Assembly (NCBI RefSeq): GCF_006345805.1
Contig: NC_043013.1
Coordinates: forward strand, 39,680,001 to 39,744,000
Source: Octopus sinensis
Taxonomy: Eukaryota
Length of the DNA: 64,000 nt
Direction: 5' to 3'
Shown here: positions 1 through 12,751 of the stretch, piece after piece
How positions within the stretch are numbered: position 1 is the first letter of the stretch
Layout: every line of letters begins with the position of its first letter
Translations under genes and position numbers: made by a program
The notes under the pieces: generated by a model
Database searches by the model: none
What the model saw: only the letters and a program-made list of their open reading frames with translations
What the model was told of the DNA's origin: nothing

Positions 1-79
1 CCATCTCTGGCTATTTGAAAACGCTATCATAGGATAGCTAGGATAGCGTTTTCAAATAACCAAATAACCGAAGAGATGG
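1..79. repeat. Nested inverted repeat (hairpin) at window edge
   Basis: tatttgaaaacgctatc (12-28) is the exact reverse complement of gatagcgttttcaaata (42-58); outer ccatctct (1-8) pairs with agagatgg (72-79). Confidence 0.8.
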
Positions 80-254
80 TGTTGTGGATTTCCACTTCGG
101 CATCTGAAACTCAGAGTTTTATCTTGACTATTGAGTAATTGTAACATATTATTTTATAGATAAATTTCCTCTATTTACATAATATTGAGGTCTCTTTCTT
201 TCTTTTGTTATCTTACCATTTTATCAATATATATATATATATATATGTGTGTGT

Positions 255-300
<46 letters not shown>

Positions 301-349
301 TGTGTGTGTATGTGTCTGTGTGTGTGTGTTGGTGTTTGTGTATGTTTGT

Positions 350-526
350 GTGTCTGTGTTTGTCCCCCCTGCATCGCTTGACAACCAATGCTGGTGTGTT
401 TACGTACTCGTAACTTAGCGGTTGGGCAAAAGAGACCGATAGAATAAGTACTAGGCTTACAAAGAATAAGTCCTGGGGTCGATTAGCTCGACTAAAGGCG
501 ATGCTCCAGCATGCCCGCAGTCAAAT
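350..526 (+). mobile_element. SINE family B, 3' half
   Basis: Matches the 3' part of the full copies at 27927 and 48178 (catcgcttgacaacc...ggcaaaagagaccgatagaataagtactagg...gcagtcaaat). Confidence 0.9.
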
Positions 527-540
527 AATTGTTCTCACTT

Positions 541-625
541 CCCGAGCGTTAAACTAATACATCTGTTTGTTTACACTCCCGTCTTTGTCTTTATTTTGTT
601 TTTTTTTGTAAATTCACACCATATA
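541..625 (+). mobile_element. Tail fragment of the short Penelope-like family also at 16110, 21980 and 58295
   Basis: Reverse complement resembles aattcacaaaaaaaacaaaacaaaagacgaagacaggt...gatgtattagtataacactcg; abuts a TA/TG microsatellite. Confidence 0.6.
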
Positions 626-1196
626 TATGTGTGCATGTGTGTGTGTGTGTGTGTATGTATGTATATGTATGTATGTATGTATAATTATATATTTATATTT
701 TACTCTTGAACTGTACACACGTGTTTTGTTTCGCTCTGCCAAGTCAATAGGAAGCCACACAGCCACAAAGCCAAACTGACCGTTTATATATATATATTCG
801 TAACCACATGTTTACATTCAAACTTGGAAGTACGAATTTTTATTTAACAATAAATAATACCGAAAACAAACAAGCAAATAATAAAAAAACTCTCACCCCT
901 AAAAGAAAATATATCTATATATACACTTCTTTTACACACTTCTTTAATATCTTCAGATAATCAAAGCCTCACACACATAAGAAAGAATACATACATACAT
1001 ACATATATATACATATATATATATCTTTCAAAGGAATTTCAACTCTGTTTTTTATATTTTATTTATATTCATGTAATATTAATGTATTTTATTTATATTC
1101 ATGTAATATTAATGTAGTATATAGTATATATAGTAAAATGAAACGAAGTATTGATTGTCTTATTGAATAGATGAAATATTGAATATCAAATATTAA

Positions 1197-1240
1197 GGGA
1201 CTAGTATACTTTCTTGCATTTAAGCAGACTTCAAGGTCCC
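1197..1240 (-). ncRNA. Minimal hammerhead-like motif (CUUGAAG variant) in a ~130-bp element (1115-1243)
   Basis: Minus strand: GGGAC CTTGAAGT C TGC TTAAAT GCA A GAAA GTATAC TA GTCCC. Stem I GGGAC/GTCCC, palindromic AGTATACT helix III. Homologous copy at 15126. Confidence 0.6.
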
Positions 1241-1361
1241 AGGTTGTGATAGGAATGTTTCAACTGTCTCTATCTCTCTCTCTATATATATATATATTTC
1301 TACACACACTCACACACATATATATATTCATATATGTATATCTATCTATCGATCTATATAT

Positions 1362-1414
<53 letters not shown>

Positions 1415-1446
1415 ACATATATATAACATATATATATGTATGTATG

Positions 1447-1493
<47 letters not shown>

Positions 1494-1675
1494 TGTATAT
1501 GTATATATATATATACTAAAATTAATAAAGGTCAAGAGGACGGAGATTTGCACGTTCAAGTTTTGTTACACAGTTAATATATTAAATCTTAACTACAGCT
1601 TCATCAAAGTTCACTCTGGCTAAACAAGGTTTAACACCGATAAAAGCGAAAACGGTATCCGCTATGATTATATAT

Positions 1676-1715
<40 letters not shown>

Positions 1716-2489
1716 TAGTGTGTGTGTATGCATATCAGCGTAACGGTTATTTATGAATGCGAGTGATTTCCTCAGTTATCGTTGGCGATAACAGAGTGCA
1801 TAACTTTGAACAAATTTTTGTTGCAAGAAACTGTTTCATAACTTTTTAGTTGTGGAGTTAACACAGTGAATCTAAGAATGCCGATGATGATATAACATCT
1901 TTATGCTTTGATTCCGATCGTTTCAACAATACATGGTTCAGAACACCATGAATATAAATGATTGTGTAATATTACAGTACATTAATTGTGATTCATGTTC
2001 ATCACACCAAAGAAATATAAATAAAGCATTTATATTCATTATGTGTTTGAAATATGCATTGTTGAAACCACCGTAATGAATGCGTAAATGTAACAGCATT
2101 CGTAGAAATTACTGTACATCTATGTGTGTGTATGAGTGTGTGTGTGTGTGAGTTTATGTGTGTTTATGTGCGTGTATGTATATGTATGTGTGTGAGAGAG
2201 CGCCTGTTTGTATGAGTGCATGTGTATGTGTGTGTGCGTATGTATGTGAATGTGTGTTTATTCGTGTGTATGCTTGTGTGTATGTATATCTAGTGTTTGT
2301 GTGTGCATGCATGTGCGTATATGCGTGTGTGAGCGCGCGTGTGTGTGTGTGTGTGTGTATGTGTAGATTATGAGCTGCTTCGCTTTTCTGCGTAATCCTT
2401 GCAATGATCCATTAATAATTGCATCAACATAACTGTGCCAATATATGTTCATAAGCATACAATTATGTCGGTGATTAGTTAGATTTATT

Positions 2490-2590
2490 TCTACATTTCT
2501 CACCAATTGAGAAAGGGTCGATTTCTAACCTAGATTCAAGGCTCCTTTATTGGAATTTCAATAATGTCAACAACGAAAGATTTTTCTATG
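2490..2590 (-). mobile_element. Short dispersed repeat shared with 63137-63242 and 63411-63518
   Basis: Reverse complement contains ccaataaaggagccttgaatctaggttagaaatcgaccctttctc, near-identical to the 63.1 and 63.4 kb copies. Confidence 0.75.
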
Positions 2591-2880
2591 TGTCTGTGCA
2601 TATGTGCGAGTTTTTGAAGTTAGTACGTGCAGAATTGTAAATTTAGTTTTACATATGTATGCTCATAGATGTAATTGCATGTCTAGTCATATGCATATGA
2701 ACTTACATGCTAAACTTTTGTAAAGTTTTATATATTTCGGCTTTTCCATTGACAGATTTTATCTGTAGTCATCTAATTAGCTTTGTTGTATGTATGCCTG
2801 TGTGTGCGTACCATATGTCTATCTATCTATTTATCTATATATATCAAGCTATCAATCTATTCTCTCTCTCTCTCCTCATC

Positions 2881-2917
<37 letters not shown>

Positions 2918-3204
2918 CGTGTGTGTGTATGTATATATATAATATATATATATATATATATGTATGTATATGTATATATATATATATAATATATATGTAT
3001 ATATATGTATATGTATTTATACATACACATAAATATACATACATATATATATATATATTATATATATATAATACATAGACACATACATACATTACATACA
3101 CATACATACAGAGAGTCATATTTGAGGGTCTGAGCGTGCAAACTCAGAAAGAAATGCGGAAGCATCTTCTCACTTACGCATAATTGTGTGGGTGTATGTA
3201 TGTA

Positions 3205-3274
<70 letters not shown>

Positions 3275-4285
3275 CTTAAATATGTTTACTTGTTACACAC
3301 TACACACAATTACACACACACAAATACAAACACACACTGAGTCACATAAATAACGCTAACCACGAATGTAAATGGGTGTTTGCCGTTAGATTAACAAATA
3401 TGTCGTCCATATTTATTGAAATCCAAAACTTGATATCATCCTGTCGTCTGTATTTATTGAAATACAAAACATGATATCTCTAACGTAATATTTGTATGCT
3501 ACCTCTTTTATTTTATTATATTTATTGGTTTATGATGATTTTTCCTTTCAGAGTTATGCGTCAGCGTATATTTGTCTATCTGTCTTATTCCCAATGACCG
3601 TTGGTCTCCTTCTTGTTATTGATGTCGTTGTTGTACTTATAATTAAAGTTTTATGATTGTCGGTTTATTTATTTATTTTTTTGTTGCAATCATTGATTTG
3701 TTTTATTATTTGTTGTTATTGTCGACATTTTATTATGACATTGTTAGCTTGTTTTTTGTCTTTTTTCCTTCGATTTACTGTCGTTATTGTTATTTTTGTT
3801 GTGATGGTGGTAGTGATGGTGATTATGGTTGTCGTTGTCTTTCAACTCATGAATATGGATGGATGAAAACAACAACCAGTAATAGAGGGCATATACGCTC
3901 AAAATATCTGGAAATAGGTGATTAAATCGTGAGCCATGATTCATTTAAAACAAAAACGGAAAACATACAACATAAAATAAAATAAAAAATAAAATATTAA
4001 TACTATTAATACTAACTGAATATCATAGAGAGTTTAGGCTATCGACAGCAATTTTACTTCAGGGACCTGTTTGTCGTTAAATATAATTATATGGGATGTA
4101 ATTATGAATTGCTTATTATTGGGTTTTATTTTAATTGTTGTCTCCTCTGTGAATAAGTTGTATTGTAGTTGTTGTCAACATTTCATCTTAAGTACAAAAC
4201 GTGCATTCCAAACCTAAAGAGTTTCTAACCTAATGCAAAATATCAACTGTTGCAATAGTACAGTACCGATCTAAAAAATACAGTA

Positions 4286-4763
4286 CAAGCATTCATTGAA
4301 GTGGATGCTGTGAACGAAAGTATTCATTTCATTGAGTACCGTAAATACAAGCATTAATTGCAACGAGTACTTTATATACAAGCATTCATTGCTGCAGGTA
4401 TTATAAAGACTAGTATTGACTGCAGGAAGTATTGTAAATACTAGCATTCATTGTTGTAAGCATTATAAAGACTAGCATTCATTGCAGAAGATATTGTAAA
4501 AACTAGCATTGATTGTAGAAAGTATTGTAATTACTAGCATTCATTGTTGTAAGCATTATAAAGACTAGCATTCATTGCAGAAGATATTGTAAAAACAAGC
4601 ATTGATTGCAGAACGTATTGCAATTACTAGCATTCATTGTTGTAGGCATTATAAAGACTAACATTCATTGCAGAAGATATTGTAGAAACTAGCATTGATT
4701 GTAGAAAGTATTGTAATTACTAGCATTCTTTGCAGAGGGTGATATAAAGGCTAGCATTCATTT
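4286..4763. repeat. 31-bp minisatellite (~15 units) with 93-bp higher-order repeat
   Basis: Units start every 31 bp (4286, 4317 ... 4751) with c(t/a)agcatt(c/g)attg. From 4441 to 4719 three variants recur in fixed order three times. Confidence 0.95.
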
Positions 4764-5459
4764 CGCCTGCCTTTGATTATCGCTACGGACGATATAAGGA
4801 GGAAGGTAAGAGTCGGATTCGATTTGTCGTCAAAGAGGTTCCTGGATAGAAAAATGGTCGGAATCACTGCTTGACCAAACTTGACCTGAAACTAAACGAT
4901 AACAGTACGACAACGACGATAACAACAACTACTACTACATAGAATGCACACATTGTCACAGTAGTAGTAGTAACAGCAGTAGCAGCAGCAGTAGTAGTAG
5001 TTGTGTAGGTGTTGGTGTTTATGTCCGGTTCAACTGTAATGAAACCGAGTTATGAACAAAGGCTCTCTGTTCGTAACCATGACATTGGTTCCTTATGAGC
5101 AATGAACCTGATTTCCTGTTACCCGTACTTTATGAAGACACTAGATTGACCGAATTTAATGGAGATTTAGCAGTTATTTCCAGCAAATCAAGTGACCGGC
5201 TAGAAGCTCTTTCATTTGTTCGTGGAATACTGAGAAAACCACCGAGTTTGTAGATGGCCGCTCAATCTGCAAGAAATAGCAGCCAACTCTCCGTCTGTTC
5301 TTTATCTCTGTCCTTCGTCCTTTCAGTAAAATATCGGGTTTTCCATAAAATGTGGTTGCTTGATTCATCGCCAACACTTCACCATTTCTGGAGAAAATAC
5401 TCTGTGACTGAGCTCTCGTGGCCCTTCTCACAGCAGAATGCAGCTGGATACGAATAATA

Positions 5460-5940
5460 ATATAGAACGGACCCCAATACTTGGCTGGTACTTCATGTAT
5501 AACACACAACGGTGATCTCAGTAGGAATTGAACCTAGAGCGCAAAGAACCGGAAAAATTATCGTAAGGCGTTGTAACCAAATGTTACAATACTAATTTCT
5601 AACATAAGTTAGAAGCCGAGAATTCGGAGAAGGGTTCAATGATTGAATCGGCACTAGTACTCGAGTCGTACTATAGTTTATCGACCCCGAAGAAAAGAAA
5701 GACAAATTTCACCCGGGCATGATTTGAACCCAAGCGCAGAGAACCGAAACAAGCACAGCATGCTATTGTACCCACCACCGCTTGATAACTAGTGTTGGTT
5801 TGTTTACGTCCCGTAAATAGCGATTCGGCGAGATTGTTAGAATGAATATCAGATTTAAAAGAACTGAAGTTGATTTTGTCGGTTAAAACACTGCAAAACA
5901 GTACCCCAGCATGGTCGCAGCCTAATGGCTGAAACAAGTA
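5460..5940. mobile_element. Cluster of degenerate SINE A (minus) and SINE B 3' (plus) copies
   Basis: Motifs tttatcgaccccgaag and atttgaacccaagcgcagag; ...cccagcatggtcgcagcctaatggctgaaacaagtaaaa. Confidence 0.65.
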
Positions 5941-6379
5941 AAATATTAGATATTAAAGATAAATGAACTGATTGATAACACAACGTTTCTCAGTCAAGTG
6001 ATCCGCAACTGCCAATCAAATGTTATTATAATGTAATTTTCTATAATAGGCAATTTAGTGGGTGGGACATAGTCGATTGCATTGACCTCAGGGTTGAATT
6101 GGTGTTTATTTCATTGGTCTCGAAAGAAGAAAGTCAGAATCGAAATCAGTGAAATATGAACACAGACACAAACTCATACATATACAGATACATACGTACA
6201 TACATACATACATACATACATACATACATACATTAATAAATACATATAAACATATGTGTGTTTGTGTATGTGTATGGTTCAGTTAACCCATTATGAATAA
6301 CTTCTTGTGCGACAGCAACAATTGTTGCACAATCAATTATCCAATTGGTTACGCCTGTATATATATATATATATCTATA

Positions 6380-6439
<60 letters not shown>

Positions 6440-6583
6440 TATATATATATATACATATTATATATATATGAGTAGGACACTTTTATGCTGCAATTTTTGC
6501 AACTTGTAATAAAGCCTGTTTGTATGAAACAATTGTACTAAAAACCAATCCATTCTTGTTGCTTCTTTCTCGTATATTATATT

Positions 6584-6678
<95 letters not shown>

Positions 6679-7235
6679 TATATATATATATATATATATG
6701 CAAGGACACACCCAGATTTTGTCTTGAATATATATTTTTATATATATGTGTGTGTGTGTGCGTGTGCATATACATATATATGTATGTGTATATATATGCA
6801 TGACAAATAGGGATGTATCTTTGCATTTATATAAGTGTGTGTGTGTTTATATGTGTGTATCTGTGTATAGGTATGTTTGTTTATATATGCTGGCATAAAA
6901 CGTGAGTGTGTTCCTCCGTGTACATATGTATGTGAATGAATGTGTATCTATATGTGTAATCTTATAACTTCCTTTATTTTATATTTGTGCAATAACTGTC
7001 GCTGGTTACGAGTTTATAACAAACCTATTATTGAATCACTGCATTTCTCATGGGAACGATAGCAATAGAATGTCTGTACGTAGCTGCAGAATAAATAGAG
7101 TGAAGGTTGTTTTTACGAAGAGTACGTTATTTCGATTTATCGAGTATGCTTACATCCGTTGCTATATACATTTGTACATACGACAAATCGTTATACAGAC
7201 GTATATGTATACTGTGCAAGTATGTATATATATCA

Positions 7236-7268
<33 letters not shown>

Positions 7269-7403
7269 TGTATGTATGTATGTATGTATGTATGTATGTA
7301 GGTAGGTAGGTAGGTAGGTAGGTAGGTAGGTAGGTAGGTAGGTAGGTAGGTAGGTAAGTATGAACGTCCAGTGGCTTCCTTTTCACTTCTGTATCTCACA
7401 TGT

Positions 7404-7454
<51 letters not shown>

Positions 7455-7464
<10 letters not shown>

Positions 7465-7702
7465 ATGAAAGAATGGAGTTGAACGACGATTTAACAAAAT
7501 TCCTTTATTCTCGACATATGTTTCGAGAGTTTTTGTTCATCTTGATGCTGACATAAGTTCCTTGTTTTTTCCTGATGAGAAGGCGGCATAATGCACCCCT
7601 TATTCCTTCGAAATTAGGAATATGCAGCCTTCGAAACATATGTCGAGAATAAAGGAATTTTGTTAAATCGTCGTTCAACTCCATTCTTTCATTTATTTGT
7701 AT
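7455..7702 (+). mobile_element. Fold-back element with perfect 66-bp inverted arms and an internal hammerhead ribozyme
   Basis: 7461-7526 is the exact reverse complement of 7631-7696 (extends to 7455/7702 with one mismatch); left end abuts a (TA)n array. Confidence 0.9.
7558..7657 (+). ncRNA. Type I hammerhead ribozyme with canonical core
   Basis: CTGATGA 7572-7578; stem II GAAGGC (7579-84)/GCCTTC (7627-32) with inner TATTCCT/AGGAATA hairpin; GAAA 7633-36; palindromic ACATATGT helix III; GUC cleavage triplet ending 7644; stem I 7558-71 with 7645-57. Confidence 0.85.
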
Positions 7703-7854
7703 TAAAAAAAACACACACAAATTTCCACACGAAAGCACGTGATCTCTGCCCTTGGCATGTAGCTTCAACCGTGTTTTTCTGACGTGAATTTGCTACCCAG
7801 GTATCGGTTAACCGAATTATCCATACTAAGATAATTCATTCAAACTATATATAA

Positions 7855-7894
<40 letters not shown>

Positions 7895-7899
<5 letters not shown>

Positions 7900-8130
7900 T
7901 TAGAGAAGAACCACCATCTAGTAATTCAACAATGATGTAATTAAATCATACCATATAGATAAAAATTAAATATACGATAAAACATATACCTATAATTAAG
8001 TAAAGCACAAAATAATATATAAATAGTATATATAATTGGTAAAAAAACTACACGTGTTTAGTGGCTATATTTTCAAACTGAAAACAGTAAAATCAATTCA
8101 ATTTAAATATAATCATTCATCAGGTCCAAT
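7895..8130 (-). mobile_element. Short Penelope-like element with degenerate hammerhead
   Basis: Minus strand has CTGATGA (8117-8123) and (T)AAACACGTGTA (palindromic ACACGTGT, G of GAAA mutated) at 8049-8060; 3' end in (TA)n. Confidence 0.4.
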
Positions 8131-8252
8131 ATAAAAACAATAAAATGATTACATAAATAAATATACGTATATTATCTTGTAAGAAAATATAAATATATAT
8201 ATAAATACGTAATTTTTCAATAAAAATATTATATATATATATATGTGTATAA

Positions 8253-8370
<118 letters not shown>

Positions 8371-9653
8371 GCATCGATGCATGTATATCCGTATACATAA
8401 ATCTTTTCCTCTACTCGTATACGTACATATATACACACATACATATTAGTGAGTGTATGTTGCTTGTATATATATATATATTATACTATGCGTATGTATT
8501 TATGTGTTTATGCATTCGTGTTACGTAATACGCTATTCCTAATTATAGTAATTTTGTTAACGAAGGACATTTTTCTTGTCTAGTTATGTTTCGAGTTTGT
8601 TTATTGTGAGGTAATGTAATGAATAATTCTTCAAAATTTTTACATCCTTGTATTGGATATATAATATAACGAAGCAGTGGGGGAGGAAAAGTATTTACAC
8701 GACGCACTACTACTAATATTACACAAAACTCACTGCTCTCTATCACGGCTCGTATTGAACTGCTTACCATTTCGAACGTCCAGTCGCTCACAGTTTTTCA
8801 TTTTATAACACTGTGCCAGTCCACCTTTGAGCATTTGGGTGGTGGGGTCAGAATTCTTCCACAAGAAAATGCATAGTGAATCTGTTAAAATGTATCGTAC
8901 ATGCTGAGTCCGGAGCATTGTTCAACTAAAAGCCCAAAATGTCAGACAATGCCACTGGACCAGGAATAATATGTAAAAACAGCGATATTTTAAGCCATAC
9001 GGCCATGAGCGCACGTGTATTTAACACAGCAAGGTGTGTCAGCATCGATTTTGCTAGATACAAACCCAAAAACTAAACTTATATAGATACATAAGAGCGT
9101 ACATACATACACACATATATATATATTTATGCATTCAGGCAGATATATATGTATGCATGTGTATGTATATATACACATGTGTGTATGTGTGCGTGTGTAG
9201 CATATTTACTCAGATGTACAAAAGAAAAGACAGTCTAAAGTCTATAACACTTCTTTGTGGGTCCCTTATGCATATGCATTGGCACATATACATCATCAAT
9301 AGACTCCGCGTCTTTCCAGTAATCTGTCTGTTTGCTTTTTCTGTATCTCTAGACATTCATTTTTGTTTTATTGGACATTGCGTCTTGATTAAGATACAAC
9401 ATCCGGGCAACTCCTCACGAGATAATGGCGTTCACTTGTGAAATTAACTACATCTGTTTGGCTTCAATTAGACTTTTGGATTACACTTCAATTAACATCT
9501 TGCTAAATCAGATCAGTGAATCGGTAAAAACTAACCAATATATTTCATGTGTGTGTGTATGCATGTATTTATGTGTGTATGCATGTTTGCATGCATGTAT
9601 ATCTACACACACGCGCTCATATATACATATACATACATACATATATATATATA

Positions 9654-9685
<32 letters not shown>

Positions 9686-9709
9686 AATATAAAAATATAC
9701 ATACGTATA

Positions 9710-9748
<39 letters not shown>

Positions 9749-9908
9749 ATATATATATATAAAATTTATAAGTTTAAATTATTTAAATAATTTTTTAATT
9801 TTTAACTTTTATATTTTTAAATTAATTTTACGTATTGGCTTATGTTTTTCACTGTTTGATTTGCCTAATGGTGGTTTTATCTCTAATTAATATAATATAT
9901 TATAATTA

Positions 9909-9950
<42 letters not shown>

Positions 9951-10310
9951 CATACATATATTACACACACATACACACACATTTATATATATTATGTGGC
10001 GGCCGTCAACAAAGTGTGGTGCTAACTAATTGCTCATTGGTTGCACCTATATGCTACGCATGCAACTGGTTCGACGGGATTTCCGCTATCAGCGCTTACT
10101 TGACAAATAACTACGTTTGTGTCTAAATTTGTTTTACGATATATATAGCACAATTTGGTCAATTGGGTGCTCCTACCTAATTTTAAGCTCACCTGGTGAA
10201 AGCGGATTATTTTATTGTGTAATCGATGCAATCGATCTATTCATCAATAAATTAATGCAACTGAAAAAGTTGATGTGAATCTTCACCACCCAATTGTGTT
10301 CTTATGTATA

Positions 10311-11028
10311 GGGTTGGCAACTAAGTTCCCGCTGTTTTTAAAAATTTATTACGTTTTTAATTTTTTTCGAGAATTCTATTTTTGAATCATTTTGGAATCT
10401 ATTTTATCTTTTTTCTAGTTAATTTTAGTTAATTTTTATTCATTTTCAGGTCATTAAATTGGAATGTCAAGCTAAGAAAAGCGAGCATTTTCGACACCTC
10501 CTTCTTTTTGCTTTTGATTAAGGTTCTAAGCCCGCAAAAGCCGCTCGCGACATTTGTGCTGTGTATGGAGAGGGTGCCATAGCTGAAAGAACCGCTCGTG
10601 ATTGGTATGCCAAGTTCGAAAAAGGAAATTTTGACCTCAAAGATGCACTGCGTTCTGGCCGTCTAGTTGAGTTCGATGAAAAGCGATTAAACCAACTTTT
10701 GCACGAAAATTCTTGTCAAATGACAAAGGAACTGGTAGAGAAAATGGAATGCTCCCACACTGCTATAGAGAAACATCTTCACTCGATAGGAAAAGTTTAG
10801 AACTATGGAGCATAGGTTCCGCGTGCTTTCAGTGACAACAACAAAAGACAACGAGTCACAATTTCCGCTATTTTGCTTGCACGTCACCGCTCAACTCACG
10901 GACACAAGCAACGATTTCTTTACCGAATCGTTACTGGCGACGAAGAATGGTGCCTGTACATCAATATGAAGCAGTGTAAGGAATGGATTAGCCCCAGTAA
11001 ACAAGAGACACCGCGGGTGAAACAAGAT
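10311..11028 (+). pseudogene. Mariner transposon, 5' part (left TIR plus decayed transposase), broken by a GATA array
   Basis: TA-gggttggcaactaagttcccgctg TIR-like end. 10459-11028 reads ECQAKKSEHFRHLLLFAF*GSKPAKAARDICAVYGEGAIAERTARDWYAKF...RSGRLVEFD...RIVTGDEEWCLY (mariner HTH and first catalytic Asp) with stops. Confidence 0.92.
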
Positions 11029-11120
11029 AGATAGATAGACATACAGACAGATAGTCAGTCAGTCAGACAGACAGACAGACAGACAGAAAGGCAGGCAGGC
11101 AGGCAGTCAGGCAGGCAGGC

Positions 11121-11196
<76 letters not shown>

Positions 11197-11292
11197 GTAG
11201 GTAGATATACAGACAGACTAACAGACAGACAGAGAGATAGACAGACATACAGACAGAGGGATAGATATGCAGACAGACTAACAGACAGACAG

Positions 11293-11337
<45 letters not shown>

Positions 11338-11339
11338 AA

Positions 11340-11404
<65 letters not shown>

Positions 11405-11421
11405 TGTTGGCTGGCTTGATG

Positions 11422-11472
<51 letters not shown>

Positions 11473-11475
11473 ATG
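11029..11475. repeat. Compound microsatellite (GATA/GACA/GGCA/TA/GA/GATT)
   Basis: Directly visible. Confidence 0.95.
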
Positions 11476-11771
11476 AAAGATGAGATCATCACAGAACCGT
11501 TTTGATCATATAATCTCGACCAAAGCTGCTTTGGGGAGCAACAGCAAATTATTTCAATTCTGTATTTTTCGGCGTATGAAGACTGCTGGCCTAGCTGTTA
11601 GAGTACTGAACTCACGATCATAAATAAGGTCGTGGGTTCCTTTCCTGGACTGTGCGAAGATTTGTGCCTTTGCTTATAGCTATTCCCTTCACAAACTCAA
11701 CTGGAATGATTACAGCTGAGTCTCTATATGTTCTCTCTCTCTCTTGCTCTCACTCTCTCCCTCTCTCTCTA

Positions 11772-11830
<59 letters not shown>

Positions 11831-12195
11831 CTCTCACTTTCTCCAGTTGACCCAGTCTTGATATACCGCTCGTTTGAGGTTGATAATACTGTGCAAACAT
11901 TTGTATCTACTCGCGCCAACAAAACCTCTTAAAACAATAAGTGACAGATTGGCACAGAATCATAGCCTCGTTCCGAACAGTGGCTGTAGTTTATACCAGT
12001 GAGATAACAACTTTATATATGTGTCTAAGACTGGAATACAATCTTGGACAAATTCCATGATACGGCATCTAATCCGGTGGTTCTCTAACTATTATTTTTA
12101 CCTATGGACTCCTTTTGATTCCTGTTTTTACACAGAGGGACCTTCATAACCATACGATGTTTAAAAAATATTCTATCATATTTTAAGTTCTTTGA

Positions 12196-12447
12196 TTTGC
12201 TTCAGTCATTTGACTGCGACCATCCTGGAGCACCGCCTTTAGTCGAAGAAGTCGACCCCAGGACGTATTCTTTGTAAGCCAAGTACTTAATCTATCGGTC
12301 TCTTTTGCTGAACAGCTAAGTTACGTGAACGTAAACAAACCACCATCGGTTGTCAAGCGATCATGGGGGAATAAACACAGACACACAAACATACACATAC
12401 ATACATACATACTTACACACACACGCACATATATATATTTATATATA

Positions 12448-12488
<41 letters not shown>

Positions 12489-12508
12489 CATATGTATATA
12501 CACACGCG

Positions 12509-12539
<31 letters not shown>

Positions 12540-12557
12540 CTATATACACATACATAC

Positions 12558-12596
<39 letters not shown>

Positions 12597-12751
12597 CGAC
12601 GGGCTTCTTTCAGTTTCCGTCTACCAAATCCACTCACAAAGCGTTGGTCGGCCCGAGGCAATAGTAGAAGACACTTGCCTAATGTGCGAAACAGTGGGAC
12701 TGACTCGGGACTATGTGGTTGATAAGCAAGCTACTTACGACACAGCCACTC
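12196..12751 (-). mobile_element. SINE family B, full length, with expanded internal microsatellite
   Basis: Both conserved halves present, separated by about 200 bp of (CATA)/(TA)/(CA) repeats. Confidence 0.9.

Noticed and set aside
5174-5509. 111-aa minus-strand ORF in complex sequence
   Set aside because: No recognisable domain or splice context; begins inside a SINE remnant.
6480-6545. GAAACAATTGTA palindromic half-motif
   Set aside because: No CTGANGA core or stem II upstream.
8768-8881. Minus-strand AG...GTAAGC-bounded 114-bp segment (DSLCIFLWKNSDPTTQMLKGG...)
   Set aside because: Weak pyrimidine tract, no C2 similarity, and its phase (1-1) does not join the phase-2 end of the SYT15-like exon.
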